The notes: generated by a model not told the origin, from the letters alone. A stretch of DNA of 64,000 nucleotides from an uncultured Actinomycetota bacterium (GCA_963721165.1 CAVRIE010000009.1:19800-83799); one strand, 5' to 3'. Positions 17,968-28,793 are shown, numbered from the stretch's first letter. A program made the numbers and translations.

Positions 17968-18721
17968 TTGAAGAGGTTCGAGGGCAAGGTCGCGATCGTC
18001 ACCGGAGCCAGCCGGGGGATCGGTCTCGGGATCGCGGAGCGGCTCGTCGCCGAGGGCGCGAAGGTGACCGTCACCGCACGCAAGCCCGAGGCGCTCGAGG
18101 AGGCGGCGAAGAGCCTCGGCGGACCTGATGTGGCCCTCGCCGTTGCCGGGAAGGGCGACGACGTCGAGCACCAGGCCGACGCGATCCGCCAGACCATCGA
18201 GACCTTCGGCAGCGTCGACCTGCTGGTGAACAACACCGGCATCAACCCGGTGTACGGGCCGATGGTCGAGCTCGACCTCGGCGCCGCCCGCAAGATCTTC
18301 GAGGTCAACTGCCTGGCGGCGCTGTCGTGGGTGCAGCAGGCGTACAAGGCGTGGATGGGCGAGCACGGCGGCTCGGTCGTCAACGTGTCGTCCGTCGGCG
18401 GGCTCAAGCCGGCTCCCGGGCATCGGGTTCTACGGCGCCAGCAAGGCGATGCTGAACCACATCACCCAGGAGCTCGCCGTCGAGCTCGGCCCCGACATCC
18501 GGGTGAACGCGGTCGCCCCTGCCGTGGTGAAGACCAAGTTCGCGACCGCGCTCTACGAGGGCCGCGAGGACGAGGTGTCCGCGACCTACCCGCTCAAGCG
18601 GCTCGGTGTCCCGGAGGACATCGGCAGCGTGGTGGCGTTCCTGCTGTCCGAGGACGCGGCGTGGCTGACCGGCCAGGTCGTCGTGATCGACGGCGGGCTC
18701 ACGCTCACCGGCGGCGTCTGA
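17968..18721 (+). CDS. SDR oxidoreductase (DHRS4-like); frameshift near 18420
   Basis: TGASRGIG, NNTGINPVYGP, then IGFYGASK when reframed, IRVNAVAPAVVKTKFA. Confidence 0.88.
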
Positions 18722-18722
18722 C

Positions 18723-19511
18723 ATGGACGTCGACGGAGCGGGCGTCGTCGTCACCGGCGCCGGCCACGGCATCGGCCGCGCCATCGCCGAGCGGATGGCA
18801 GCCCAGGGTGCCCGCGTGGTGGTCAACGACCTCGACGGCGAGGCTGCCGAGCAGGTCGCCACGGCGATCGGCGGCGGCCTCGCCGTGCCCGGTGACGCCG
18901 CGTCCGAGGAGGGGGTCGCGGAGCTCGTCGCCGCGGCGCGCGACCACCTCGGCAGGATCGACGTCTACTTCGCCAACGCCGGCATCGACGTCGGCCAGGG
19001 CCTCGGCGCCCCCGAGGACGACTGGGCGCGCGCGGTCGACGTCAACGTGATGGCACACGTGCGGGCCGCGCGGCAGCTCGTGCCGACCTGGCTCGAGACC
19101 GGCGGCGGGCGCTTCGTCGTCACGGCGTCGGCGGCCGGGCTCCTCACGATGCTCGGCAGTCCGGTCTACTCGGTCACCAAGCACGCCGCGGTGGGCTTCG
19201 CGGAGTGGCTCTCGGCCACCTACGGCCACCGCGGGATCGTCGTACAGGCGATCTGCCCCCAGGGCGTCCGCACGCGGATGCTGGAGGAGGCCGGCCCGCT
19301 CCAGGAGCTGCTCTCCCACGACACCGCGCTCGAGCCGGAGCAGGTCGCCGACACGGTGTTCCACGCCCTGCAGGACGACCGGTTCCTGATCCTGCCGCAC
19401 CCGGAGGTCGCGGAGTACTACAAGCTCCGCGCGAGCGACACGGACCGCTGGCTGGCCGGGATGCGGAAGCTGCAGCGGCGGCTGGACGAGGCGACGGGCG
19501 CGGCCGAGTGA
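18723..19511 (+). CDS. SDR oxidoreductase
   Basis: TGAGHGIG, NAGI, TASAAGL, YSVTKHA. Confidence 0.9.
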   Translation: MDVDGAGVVVTGAGHGIGRAIAERMAAQGARVVVNDLDGEAAEQVATAIGGGLAVPGDAASEEGVAELVAAARDHLGRIDVYFANAGIDVGQGLGAPEDDWARAVDVNVMAHVRAARQLVPTWLETGGGRFVVTASAAGLLTMLGSPVYSVTKHAAVGFAEWLSATYGHRGIVVQAICPQGVRTRMLEEAGPLQELLSHDTALEPEQVADTVFHALQDDRFLILPHPEVAEYYKLRASDTDRWLAGMRKLQRRLDEATGAAE

Positions 19512-20527
19512 CCCCCGCCGAGCTCCCCGGCCTGGACCTCGACCGGTTCCGCACGTTCTTCGAGAAGGCCTGCCCGGGCGAGGTCACCGGGCCGCTGACC
19601 GGTTCGCTCGTCGCGGGCGGCAAGTCCAACCTGACCTACATCGTCGGCGACGGCCACCGCGAGTGGGTGGTGCGACGCCCGCCGCTCGGCCACGTGCTGG
19701 CCACCGCGCATGACATGACGCGGGAGTACCGCGTGATGACCGCGCTCCGGGACACCGACGTCCCCGTGCCCAGGACGTACGCCCTGTGCGAGGACGAGTC
19801 CGTGACCGGAGCGCAGTTCTATGTGATGGAGCGCGTGCACGGGACGCCGTACCGCACTGCCGCGGAGCTGGAGGCCCTGGGCCCGGAACGGACGGCCGCG
19901 ATCTCGCGAAGGACCGTCGAGACCCTCGCCACCCTGCACTCGGTCGACCCGGCCGCGGTCGGGCTGGCGGACTTCGGGCGGCCGGAGGGCTTCCTCGAGC
20001 GGCAGGTCCGCCGCTGGAAGAAGCAGCTCGACGCCTCGCACAGCCGCGACCTGGCCGGCGCCGACGAGCTGCACGCCCTGCTCGCCGCGAACATCCCGGC
20101 CGAGCAGACCCCGGCGATCGTGCACGGCGACTACCGCCTCGACAACCTGCTCGTCGACTCCCAGGACCGGATAGCCGCGGTCATCGACTGGGAGATGGCC
20201 ACGCTCGGCGACCCGCTGACCGACGTCGCGCTGATGGTCGTCTACCACCGCCTCGCCGCCCTCGACGCCGCTGTGGCCGACGCGTCGACGGCCGCCGGCT
20301 TCCTCAGTGAGGCCGACACGATCGAGCTGTACGGCTCACGGAGCGGGCGCGACCTGTCGGCCATGGGGTTCTACCTCGGGCTCGCCGCCTTCAAGCTCGC
20401 GGTGATCCTGGAGGGCATCCACTTCCGCTACACCCAGGGCCAGACCGTGGGCGAGGGGTTCGACTCCGTCGGCGCCTCCGTCGAGCCCCTGATCAACGCA
20501 GGCATCACCTCGCTGAAGGAGAACTGA
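19508..20527 (+). CDS. APH-family phosphotransferase (ACAD10/11 kinase-like, LvaA-like)
   Basis: GGKSNLTY, RRPPLG, AHDMTREY, VHGDYRLDN, IDWEMATLGDPLTD; GTGA overlap at 19508. Confidence 0.9.
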   Translation: MTPAELPGLDLDRFRTFFEKACPGEVTGPLTGSLVAGGKSNLTYIVGDGHREWVVRRPPLGHVLATAHDMTREYRVMTALRDTDVPVPRTYALCEDESVTGAQFYVMERVHGTPYRTAAELEALGPERTAAISRRTVETLATLHSVDPAAVGLADFGRPEGFLERQVRRWKKQLDASHSRDLAGADELHALLAANIPAEQTPAIVHGDYRLDNLLVDSQDRIAAVIDWEMATLGDPLTDVALMVVYHRLAALDAAVADASTAAGFLSEADTIELYGSRSGRDLSAMGFYLGLAAFKLAVILEGIHFRYTQGQTVGEGFDSVGASVEPLINAGITSLKEN

Positions 20528-20528
20528 C

Positions 20529-21766
20529 ATGGAGTTCGCGTACGACGCCCGCACCGAGGAGCTCCGCGAGCAGCTGCTCGCGTTCATGGACGAGCACATC
20601 TACCCGAACGAGGCGCTCTTCCACGAGCAGCTCGACGCGCTCGAGAACAAGTGGGACTGGACCTCCGCGCCGGTGATGCAGGAGATCCGGGCCGAGGGCA
20701 AGAAGCAGGGGCTCTGGAACCTCTTCCTCCCCGGCGAGCACGGCGCCGGCCTCACGAACCTGCAGTACGCCCCGCTCGCCGAGATCACCGGCCGCTCCGG
20801 CCACCTCGCGCCCGCCGCCCTCAACTGCGCCGCCCCGGACACCGGCAACATGGAGGTGCTCGCGCAGTTCGGCAGCGAGGAGCAGAAGGAGCGCTGGCTG
20901 TCGCCGCTGCTCGACGGCACGATCCGCTCGGCGTTCGCGATGACCGAGCCGGACGTGGCCTCCTCCGACGCGACGAACATCAGCACCACGATCGAGCGCG
21001 ACCTTCGACGGCTGGGACCAACGGCGGATATGTCCTCAACGGCCGCAAGTGGTGGATCACCGGGGCGATGGCTCCCGCCTGCGAGATCTTCATCGTGATG
21101 GGCAAGACCGACTCATCAGCCGACAGGCACCGGCAGCAGTCGATGATCCTGGTCCCGCGCGACGCCCCCGGCCTCGTCGTGAAGCGCGGCATGGAGGTCT
21201 TCGGGTACGACGACCACGAGCACGGCGGCCACGCGGAGCTCGAGTTCAACGACGTCCGCGTCCCCGCCTCGAACCTGATCGGCGAGGAGGGCACCGGGTT
21301 CGCCATCGCGCAGGCCCGCCTCGGCCCCGGCCGGATCCACCACTGCATGCGCGCGATCGGTGTCGCCGAGCGGGCGATCGAGCTGATGTGCAAGCGGTCG
21401 GTCGAACGGGTCGCGTTCGGCAAGCCTCTTGCGAGCCAGGGCGTCGTGCGCGAGTGGATCGCGGAGTCGCGGGTGAAGATCGAGCAGCTGCGCCTGCTCG
21501 TGCTCAAGACCGCCTGGCTGATGGACACCGTCGGCAACAAGGGCGCGCACACCGAGATCCAGGCGATCAAGATCGCCACCCCCGAGACCGTCCAGTGGAT
21601 CCTCGACAAGGCGATCCAGGTGCACGGCGGCGGCGGCCTGTCCCAGGACTTCCCGCTGGCCCAGCAGTTCGCCGGCATCCGCACGCTCCGCTTCGCCGAC
21701 GGCCCGGACGAGGTCCACAAGATGTCCCTGGCCCGCAGGGAGATCAAGAAGCAGGTGGGGCTGTGA
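20529..21766 (+). CDS. Acyl-CoA dehydrogenase (ACAD10/11-like, LvaC-like); frameshift near 21002
   Basis: [74 protein letters not shown]. Confidence 0.9.
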
Positions 21767-22975
21767 GCTCGCCTGCCGCGAGGACGTTCGCCGCGACCTC
21801 GCGGAGCGGGTCGAGAAGCTGCTCTCGTCGTGCCCGCCTGCCTCCACGGACCGGCTGGAGTTCCTCCGCGCCCGCTTCGACGCGGGGCTCGCGTGGGTGC
21901 ACTTCCCCGAAGGGCTCGGCGGGCTCGGGCTCGCGCGTGGCTTCCAGCAGTACGTCGAGCAGCTGCTCGCCGAGGCCGGGGCGCCGGACAACGAGCCGCG
22001 CAAGATCGGGATCGGCCTCGGCATGGCCGCACCCACGATCCTGGCCTTCGGCACCGAGGAGCAGAAGCAGCAGTTCCTCCGCCCGTTGTGGACCGGCGAG
22101 GAGGTGTGGTGCCAGCTGTTCAGCGAGCCCGGCGCCGGGATCCGACCTCGCCGCGCTCGCGACGCGGGCGGTCCGTCACGGCGACGGGCCCGACGCGACC
22201 TGGGTCGTGAACGGGCAGAAGGTCTGGACGTCGAGCGCCCACAAGGCACAGCGGGCGATCCTCGTGGCGCGCACCGACCCGGATGCGCCCAAGCACAAGG
22301 GCATGACGTACTTCCTCGCCGACATGACCGACCCCGGCGTCGACGTACGACCGTTGCGCCAGCTCACCGGCGAGGCGGAGTTCAACGAGGTCTTCCTCTC
22401 CGACGTACGCATCCCCGACGCCCACCGCCTCGGCGAGGTAGGCGACGGCTGGAAGGTCGCGAACGCCACGCTGATGAACGAGCGTGTCGCGATCGGCGGG
22501 CACGCCGCACCGCGCGAGAGCGGGATGATCGGCCGAGGTCGCGGAGACGTGGCGTTCACGCCCGGAGCTGCGCACGCCCGGGATGCATGACCGGCTGATG
22601 TCCGGCTGGGTCGAGTCGGAGGTCTTCCGGCTGACCGGCGCGCGCCTGCGGCAGAAGCTCGCGGTCGGGGCGCCGGGCCCCGAGGGCTCCGCGATGAAGC
22701 TGACCTTCGCCCGGCTCGCCCAGGAGCTCAGCGGGCTCGAGGTCGAGCTGCTCGGCGAGGACGGCCTGCGTTACGGCGACTGGACGATGACCCGGCCCGA
22801 GCAGGTCGACTTCACCGGTCGCGACGCCGGCTACCGGTACCTCCGTGCCAAGGGCAACTCCATCGAGGGCGGCACCTCGGAGATCCTGCGCAACATCGTC
22901 GCGGAGCGGGTCCTCGGCCTGCCGACCGAGCCGCGCGTCGACAAGGACATCCCGTGGAAGGAGATCCCGCGATGA
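21763..22975 (+). CDS. Acyl-CoA dehydrogenase; frameshifts near 21775, 22140, 22545
   Basis: [19 protein letters not shown] + [45 protein letters not shown]. Confidence 0.85.
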
Positions 22976-24225
22976 GCTCGGACCTCAACCTGCTCTACAC
23001 CGACGTCGAGGACGACCTGCGCTCGTCGGTGCGGGACCTGCTCTCGTCGCGTTGCCCTGCTGACGCGGTGATCGCGATGTACGACGGCGACCGCTCGCTC
23101 GTCGCGCCCCTGTGGCGGTCGCTGGCCGTCGAGCTCGGGCTGGCGGGGCTGCTCGTGCCGGAGTCCTTCGGCGGTGCCGGGGCTTCTGCTCGGGAGGCGG
23201 CGGTCGTGCTCGAGGAGCTCGGCCGGTTCGCCGCGCCGGTGCCGTTCCTGACCAGCTCGGTCGTCGCCACCGCGGTGCTCGGCGGTGGGTCGCCTGCCGG
23301 TTCCGTGCACGTGCACGGTTTTGACGGCGGAGCGGCCGGATCGCGCGTCGATTCCGGGCAGGTGCACGATTCTGGCGAGGGAGCGGCCGGATCGCGCGTC
23401 GATCCCGTGCATGTGCACGATTCTGGCGAGCTGGGTGCCTCCTTGCTCGCGGAGTTGGCGGCGGGGGAGCGTACGGCGGCCCTGGCGGTGCCGCTGGCGG
23501 CGAGCCCCTGGTCCTTCGAACCCACTGTCACCGCGTCAGGCGATGCGCTGACCGGCCGGGTGACCTCGGTGGCGGGTGCGCTGGAGGCGGATGTGCTGCT
23601 GGTGCCGGTCGCCGTGGACGGGGGCGGCTCGGCCGGGGTCGAGGTGCGCGCGGTCGACGCTGCGGACGCCGAGATCACGCCGGTGACCTCCCTCGACATG
23701 ACGCGCCAGGTCGCCGACGTGTCGTTCGACGGCGCGTCGTCGCGGGTCGTCGTACCCGCAGACTCCGGCGCAGCCGCGGTGCGGAACGCCCTCCAGGTGG
23801 GAGCCGCGCTGATGGCGTCCGAACAGGTCGGTGTCGCGCAGTGGTGTCTCGACACGACGGTGGCGTACCTCAAGGAGCGGCGCCAGTTCGGCCGCGTCGT
23901 GGGCGGCTTCCAGTCGTTGAAGCACCGCCTCGCGGACCTGTACACGCTGGTCGAGCAGGCTCGTGCCGCAGCGCGCTACGCCGCAGCCACGGTCGCGGAG
24001 GGCGACCCGGACCAGGAGGTCGCGGCTTCGGTGGCCCAGGCGTACTGCTCCGACGTCGCCGTGAAGGCGGCCGAGGAGTGCGTGCAGCTGCACGGCGGGA
24101 TCGGCATGACCTGGGAGCACCCGGCGCACCTGTACCTCAAGCGCGCCAAGGCGGACCAGATCGCCTTCGGCACGCCGGGGGCGCACAGGGCCCACCTCGG
24201 CGAGCTCGTCGACCTGCCCGCCTGA
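22972..24225 (+). CDS. Acyl-CoA dehydrogenase with about 50-aa repeat-derived insertion
   Basis: LEELGR, SLDMTR, ERRQFGRVVGGFQSLKHRLAD, VQLHGGIGMTWEH. Confidence 0.9.
   Translation: MSSDLNLLYTDVEDDLRSSVRDLLSSRCPADAVIAMYDGDRSLVAPLWRSLAVELGLAGLLVPESFGGAGASAREAAVVLEELGRFAAPVPFLTSSVVATAVLGGGSPAGSVHVHGFDGGAAGSRVDSGQVHDSGEGAAGSRVDPVHVHDSGELGASLLAELAAGERTAALAVPLAASPWSFEPTVTASGDALTGRVTSVAGALEADVLLVPVAVDGGGSAGVEVRAVDAADAEITPVTSLDMTRQVADVSFDGASSRVVVPADSGAAAVRNALQVGAALMASEQVGVAQWCLDTTVAYLKERRQFGRVVGGFQSLKHRLADLYTLVEQARAAARYAAATVAEGDPDQEVAASVAQAYCSDVAVKAAEECVQLHGGIGMTWEHPAHLYLKRAKADQIAFGTPGAHRAHLGELVDLPA
23303..23430 (+). repeat. In-frame copy of the 51-bp GTGCACGATTC repeat family
   Basis: Palindrome ccgtgcac|gtgcacgg (23303-23318); units start at 23311, 23362, 23413; homologous to 56246-56413. 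Confidence 0.85.
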
Positions 24226-24283
24226 CCGGCCCCTCCGCCGTACCCACGGGCCCACCTTCGAGCGGGTCGGCCGAGGCAGGCGC

Positions 24284-24679
24284 TCAGGCTATTCGGCGGC
24301 CGGTGATGTCGCGCCAGCGAATCCTCACGTAGAGCGCTCGCGGACCGGCGGCCCAGGGCCCCGGCTCGTGGGCCCAGCGGATCTGCTCGATCTCCTCGAT
24401 GTCCTCGACGATCTCGCCGCGGCCGACCACCACCACGCTCCAGCCCGTGCGGGTACTCGTGTCGATGCTGTCGACCTCGAAGGCGATGTCGCCGGACCAG
24501 CCGTAGGTGCCGAGCACGCTGTAGGGCGTGGTGCGGAAGACGACCGAGTCCTCGTGGATGCTGAAGTTGACCGGTACGACATGGGGACCGGTGGGGGTGC
24601 AGATCGCCGCGCGTCCCACGACCTGCGCGCTGATCAGCTCCTTGCATTCGTCGGCGGAGAGCTCCACGAGTACGCCCAT
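24284..24679 (-). CDS. Pyridoxamine 5'-phosphate oxidase-like FMN-binding protein
   Basis: ELSADECKELI, VGRAAI, PHVVPVNF, VFRT, FEVD, GWSVVVVG. Confidence 0.85.
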   Translation of the reverse strand: MGVLVELSADECKELISAQVVGRAAICTPTGPHVVPVNFSIHEDSVVFRTTPYSVLGTYGWSGDIAFEVDSIDTSTRTGWSVVVVGRGEIVEDIEEIEQIRWAHEPGPWAAGPRALYVRIRWRDITGRRIA

Positions 24680-24827
24680 GACGTGCCCCCTCCCTGCTAT
24701 AGCCCTGCGGCTCCAGCATCCGGCCGCCGGCCGTGGTCCCGGATGAGGCGAAAGGCCCGGCGCGACCTGCCGGTGGTCCAGGGTTCCGTCGTATGCTGCC
24801 GCGACCGCGAACCACATGGAGGCCTGG

Positions 24828-25760
24828 ATGCCCGTCGACCCGCACATCGCGCCGCTGCTCGAGCTGCTCGCCACCGTCCCGCCGATGAGCGAGGGATCGC
24901 CGGAGGCGGCTCGTGAGGCGTTCCGCCGGCTCACCGTCGAGGGCCGCCGGCCGGAGCAGGTGGTGCAGGTCGGTTCGGTCGAGGACACGACCATCCCCGG
25001 TCCGGCGGGAGACCTGGCAGCGCGGGTCTACCGTCCCTCGGCGGAGGGCCCGCTCCCGACGGTGATGCTCTTCCACGGCGGCGGCTGGGTGATCGGCGAC
25101 CTCGACACCCACGACAGCATGGCGCGCAGCATCTGCCGCGACTGCGACGCGGTCGTGGTGTCGGTCGACTACCGGCTCGCGCCGGAGGCGCCGTTCCCCG
25201 CGGCGGTGGACGACGCGCTCGCCGCGACGCGGTGGGTCGCCGACCGCCTGGCCGACTTCGGCGGTGACGCCCGGCTGGCTGTTGCAGGCGACAGCGCGGG
25301 CGGCAACCTCGCCGCCGTCGTGGCGCAGCAGCTCCGCGACTCAGGCGGCCCGACCCTGGCGGCGCAGCTCCTCGTCTACCCGGCCACCGACGTGAGCGGC
25401 GACTTCGCCTCGCGGACCGAGAACGCCGAGGGGTACTTCCTCGACCTCCCGACGATGGTGTGGTTCATGGAGCACTACGCCGCCGACGCCGCCGCGCACG
25501 AGGACCCGCGGCTGTCTCCGCTGCGCCACCCTGACCTCTCCGGCCTGCCGCCGGCGGTCATCGTCACCGCGGAGTACGACCCGCTGCGCGACGAGGGGGA
25601 GGCCTACGCCACCGCGCTGACCGAAGCCGGTGTGGAGGTCGACGTACGACGGTTCGACGGGATGATCCACGGGTTCTTCGACATGGGCGCCTACTCACCC
25701 GGGGCGCAGGCGGCCGTCGACGAGTCCTGCGCGATGTTCGCCAAGCTGCTGTCCCGGTAG
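24828..25760 (+). CDS. HSL-family lipase/esterase
   Basis: FHGGGW, VDYRLAPE, GDSAGGNL, YDPLRDEG, HGF. Confidence 0.93.
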   Translation: MPVDPHIAPLLELLATVPPMSEGSPEAAREAFRRLTVEGRRPEQVVQVGSVEDTTIPGPAGDLAARVYRPSAEGPLPTVMLFHGGGWVIGDLDTHDSMARSICRDCDAVVVSVDYRLAPEAPFPAAVDDALAATRWVADRLADFGGDARLAVAGDSAGGNLAAVVAQQLRDSGGPTLAAQLLVYPATDVSGDFASRTENAEGYFLDLPTMVWFMEHYAADAAAHEDPRLSPLRHPDLSGLPPAVIVTAEYDPLRDEGEAYATALTEAGVEVDVRRFDGMIHGFFDMGAYSPGAQAAVDESCAMFAKLLSR

Positions 25761-25783
25761 TCGACGCCGTAGCCGCAGCCGCG

Positions 25784-27058
25784 TCAGCTCGTGATGGCGG
25801 CGGCACCGCGGCTGGAGTGGCCCGTCGCCATCAGGCCGAGGACGAGGAGCAGCCGGTCGCGGGGGACCTGGAGGCTGCGACCCGTGAGCTGCTCGATCTG
25901 CTTCATCCGGTAGATCACGGTGTTGCGGTGGCAGTAGAGCGCCTCGGCGGCGTGGGTCGGCGACCCGTTGTGCTCCAGGAGGGCCAGCAAGGTCTGGATG
26001 AGCAGGTCGGCCTGGTGCTGAGGCTGCGCGAGCAGCGACCCGATCGACTCCTCGACCAGCAGGGAGGCCACCTCGGGGCTCCCGTTGAGCAGCACCTCGG
26101 GCAGCCGGTCGCTGGCCGAGACCACCTGGACCTGGCCACGCGGGACGGTCTGGGCGGCCCGAGTAGCCAGCAGGTAGGCGGAGGCGAAGCCGGCGATGCC
26201 GTCTGCTGACGTCGCGACCCCCGCACGACCGGCGGCGCTCGGCGACAGCAGCTCGACGAGACCGGCGGCATCGGTGTCGCCGAGCGGCACGAGCCCGAAG
26301 TAGGCGCCCCCGCGGATGTGCCAGTGCGAGACGCGGCCGGCGCGTTCCAGACGGTCCTCCGCCGCCCGGAGCGGCTCGTCGAGCGACTCGTCGAACGGGG
26401 CCACCACACAGGCGACCGGCTCGTCGGCGCTGACCCCGAGGGTCTCGGCTGCATCCTGTGCGAACGCCGGGTCCGCCCCGCGGCCCTCCACGAGCCCGTC
26501 GAGGAAGCTCTGCTGGCGTTGCAGGTCGCGGCGCTGGAGCCGGGCGGACTCCCGGCGGTAGGACTCGACGAGCACGGCGTTCTGCACGTCGAGCGCGTTC
26601 CAGATGCGCTGGCCGGCCATCAGCAGCACGTGGTCGTCCACCCCCAGGTCCTGCCGGGCGCCCTGGTCGAGCAGCGCCTCCCAGAGGACGCGGGTGCCCA
26701 GGCTGTAGGCGTTGAGCACCAGCTCCATGGGTACGCCTTGTCGGGCGCGTCGTCGTCCGGTCTCTCGCCAGACGTCGGTGGCCTTCTTGCCCGGCTCGGT
26801 CTGCCCGGCCATGGTCAGGATCCCGCGACGGACGTGCTCCCGCGTGCTGGTGCGGACGTCGGCGCGCAGGTCGTGACCGGCCTTGTCGTACCACTCCCGG
26901 TCCTTCTCGAACAGCGTCAGCGAGATGTCGTCGGCGATCGCGTCCGCCCGGTCGATCAGGGAGGCCCACGCGAGCCGGATCTGGTGCTCGAGCGCTTCGT
27001 CGGCCGGCTCGATCGCGCGCGTGAGCGCTGAGCCCCTCGGCATCCGCGACTCCTTCAT
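25784..27058 (-). CDS. PucR/CdaR-family transcriptional regulator
   Basis: C-terminal HTH AAEALYCHRNTVIYRMKQIEQLTG; divergent from the ABC operon. Confidence 0.88.
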   Translation of the reverse strand: MKESRMPRGSALTRAIEPADEALEHQIRLAWASLIDRADAIADDISLTLFEKDREWYDKAGHDLRADVRTSTREHVRRGILTMAGQTEPGKKATDVWRETGRRRARQGVPMELVLNAYSLGTRVLWEALLDQGARQDLGVDDHVLLMAGQRIWNALDVQNAVLVESYRRESARLQRRDLQRQQSFLDGLVEGRGADPAFAQDAAETLGVSADEPVACVVAPFDESLDEPLRAAEDRLERAGRVSHWHIRGGAYFGLVPLGDTDAAGLVELLSPSAAGRAGVATSADGIAGFASAYLLATRAAQTVPRGQVQVVSASDRLPEVLLNGSPEVASLLVEESIGSLLAQPQHQADLLIQTLLALLEHNGSPTHAAEALYCHRNTVIYRMKQIEQLTGRSLQVPRDRLLLVLGLMATGHSSRGAAAITS

Positions 27059-27269
27059 GCGAGCCACGTTCGCACTCCGAGCACAGTAAAGCCACCCCAA
27101 ATGCCCCTCTTGGGGCGGTTAGCACGACCCATTTTGTGCATTGCGCCCATATCCCTTTCTGTGCGGGGCGACCAAAGTGGTGGCGGTCACACCCGCGCAG
27201 GCCACACGAGGGAGCCGGAGTGAGCGAGACCGTCGCCGAGCCAGTGAACACCGGAACGCCGCCTTCACG

Positions 27270-28052
27270 ATGTCCGACGTCGGGGTGAGCTTCGGCGGCA
27301 TCGTGGCGCTCAGCGGCGTCGCCCTCGACGTGCAGCCGAACCAGGTGCTCGGCGTCATCGGTCCCAACGGGGCGGGCAAGACCACCCTTTTCAACGTCGC
27401 CTGCGGGTTCGTCCAGCCGGACACCGGCCGGCTCACCTGGCGAGGTCGTGAGCTGAGCCGGCTCCGTCCGCACCAGCTCGCCGGGCTCGGCATCGGACGG
27501 ACCCTGCAGGGCCTCGGACTGTTCGACCGGATGACGGTGCTCGAGAACGTCATGGTCGGCGCCGACCGTCACGCCAAGGCGGGGTTCCTCGCCGGGCTCA
27601 TCGCCCTCCCGCGCAGCACGAAGGACGAGCGAGCGCTGCGTGACCGCGCGATGACCGTCCTCGCGGAGCTCGGGATCGAGGAGTACGCCGGACGCCTCCC
27701 CACGAGTCTTCCCTACCCGGTCCGCAAGCGGGTCGCTCTGGCGAGGGCGCTGGTCAGCGAACCAGAGCTGCTGCTGCTGGACGAGCCGGCCAGCGGGTTG
27801 TCCAACGACGAGATGAGCGAGCTCGGTGACCAGATCCGCGGCCTCACCGGCCGGATGTCGGTGATGCTCGTGGAGCACCACATGGACCTCGTGATGAGCG
27901 TGTGCGACCACATCGTCGTGCTCGACTTCGGGAAGGTCATCGCCCGCGGCACCCCCGACGAGGTGCGCAACGACCCGGCTGTGCTCGCCGCCTACCTCGG
28001 CGACGAGGTGTCGCACCGGTCGACCGACCTCCTCGCCGAGGGAGGGCGGTGA
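27270..28052 (+). CDS. HAAT-family ABC transporter ATPase (LivG-like); true start may be GTG 27220 with a frameshift
   Basis: GPNGAGKTT, LLLLDEPASG, VEHHMD. Confidence 0.9.
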   Translation: MSDVGVSFGGIVALSGVALDVQPNQVLGVIGPNGAGKTTLFNVACGFVQPDTGRLTWRGRELSRLRPHQLAGLGIGRTLQGLGLFDRMTVLENVMVGADRHAKAGFLAGLIALPRSTKDERALRDRAMTVLAELGIEEYAGRLPTSLPYPVRKRVALARALVSEPELLLLDEPASGLSNDEMSELGDQIRGLTGRMSVMLVEHHMDLVMSVCDHIVVLDFGKVIARGTPDEVRNDPAVLAAYLGDEVSHRSTDLLAEGGR

Positions 28053-28759
28053 CCATGCTCGACGTACACGAGCTGACCACGACGTACGGTCCGGTGACGG
28101 CCCTCGACCACGTCTCCTTCTCCGCGCCGAAGGGCAAGGTCACCGCGGTGCTCGGCGCGAACGGGGCGGGCAAGACCACGTTGCTCCGCACGCTGTCCGG
28201 CCTGATCCGGCCGAGCCACGGCAAGGCGGAGCTCGAGGGCACGGACCTCGTCCGGACCCCGGCGGAGAAGATGTCGGCGATGGGCCTGGCCCACGTGCCC
28301 GAAGGCCGCGGTGTGATCACCGAGCTGACCGTCGAGGAGAACCTCCGGCTCGGGGGTCTCGGGCGGGCCGACAGGTCGAAGCCTGCCGACATCGACCGGG
28401 TCTACTCACTCTTCCCGGTCCTCGGCGACCGGCGCAGCGCCACGGCCGACACGCTCTCCGGCGGCGAGCGGCAGATGCTCGTGATCGGCCGCGCCCTCAT
28501 GGCGAACCCCAAGATCCTGCTGCTCGACGAGCCTTCGCTCGGGCTCGCGCCGCGGATCGTCGCCCAGATCTTCGACCTGCTCAAGACGCTCGTGGAGACG
28601 GACGGGCTCACCGTCGTGCTCGTCGAGCAGAACGCCCGCAGTGCCTTGTCCATCGCCGACTACGGCGTCGTGCTCAACCTCGGCCGGCTCGTCGTCCACG
28701 AGGCCGCCGACGTGCTCGCCGCGGACGAGAAGCTCCGCCACGCCTACCTCGGATTCTGA
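28049..28759 (+). CDS. HAAT-family ABC transporter ATPase (LivF-like)
   Basis: GANGAGKTT, HVPEGR, LSGGERQM, LDEPSLGLAP, VEQNA. Confidence 0.92.
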   Translation: MTMLDVHELTTTYGPVTALDHVSFSAPKGKVTAVLGANGAGKTTLLRTLSGLIRPSHGKAELEGTDLVRTPAEKMSAMGLAHVPEGRGVITELTVEENLRLGGLGRADRSKPADIDRVYSLFPVLGDRRSATADTLSGGERQMLVIGRALMANPKILLLDEPSLGLAPRIVAQIFDLLKTLVETDGLTVVLVEQNARSALSIADYGVVLNLGRLVVHEAADVLAADEKLRHAYLGF

Positions 28760-28793
28760 CCAGACCGCACCCCTACCGCCGCCGGGAGAACTC

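Noticed and set aside
27125-27150. PucR/CdaR operator (ttttgtgcattgcgccca)
   Set aside because: Only a half-palindrome; too weak to call without comparative data.
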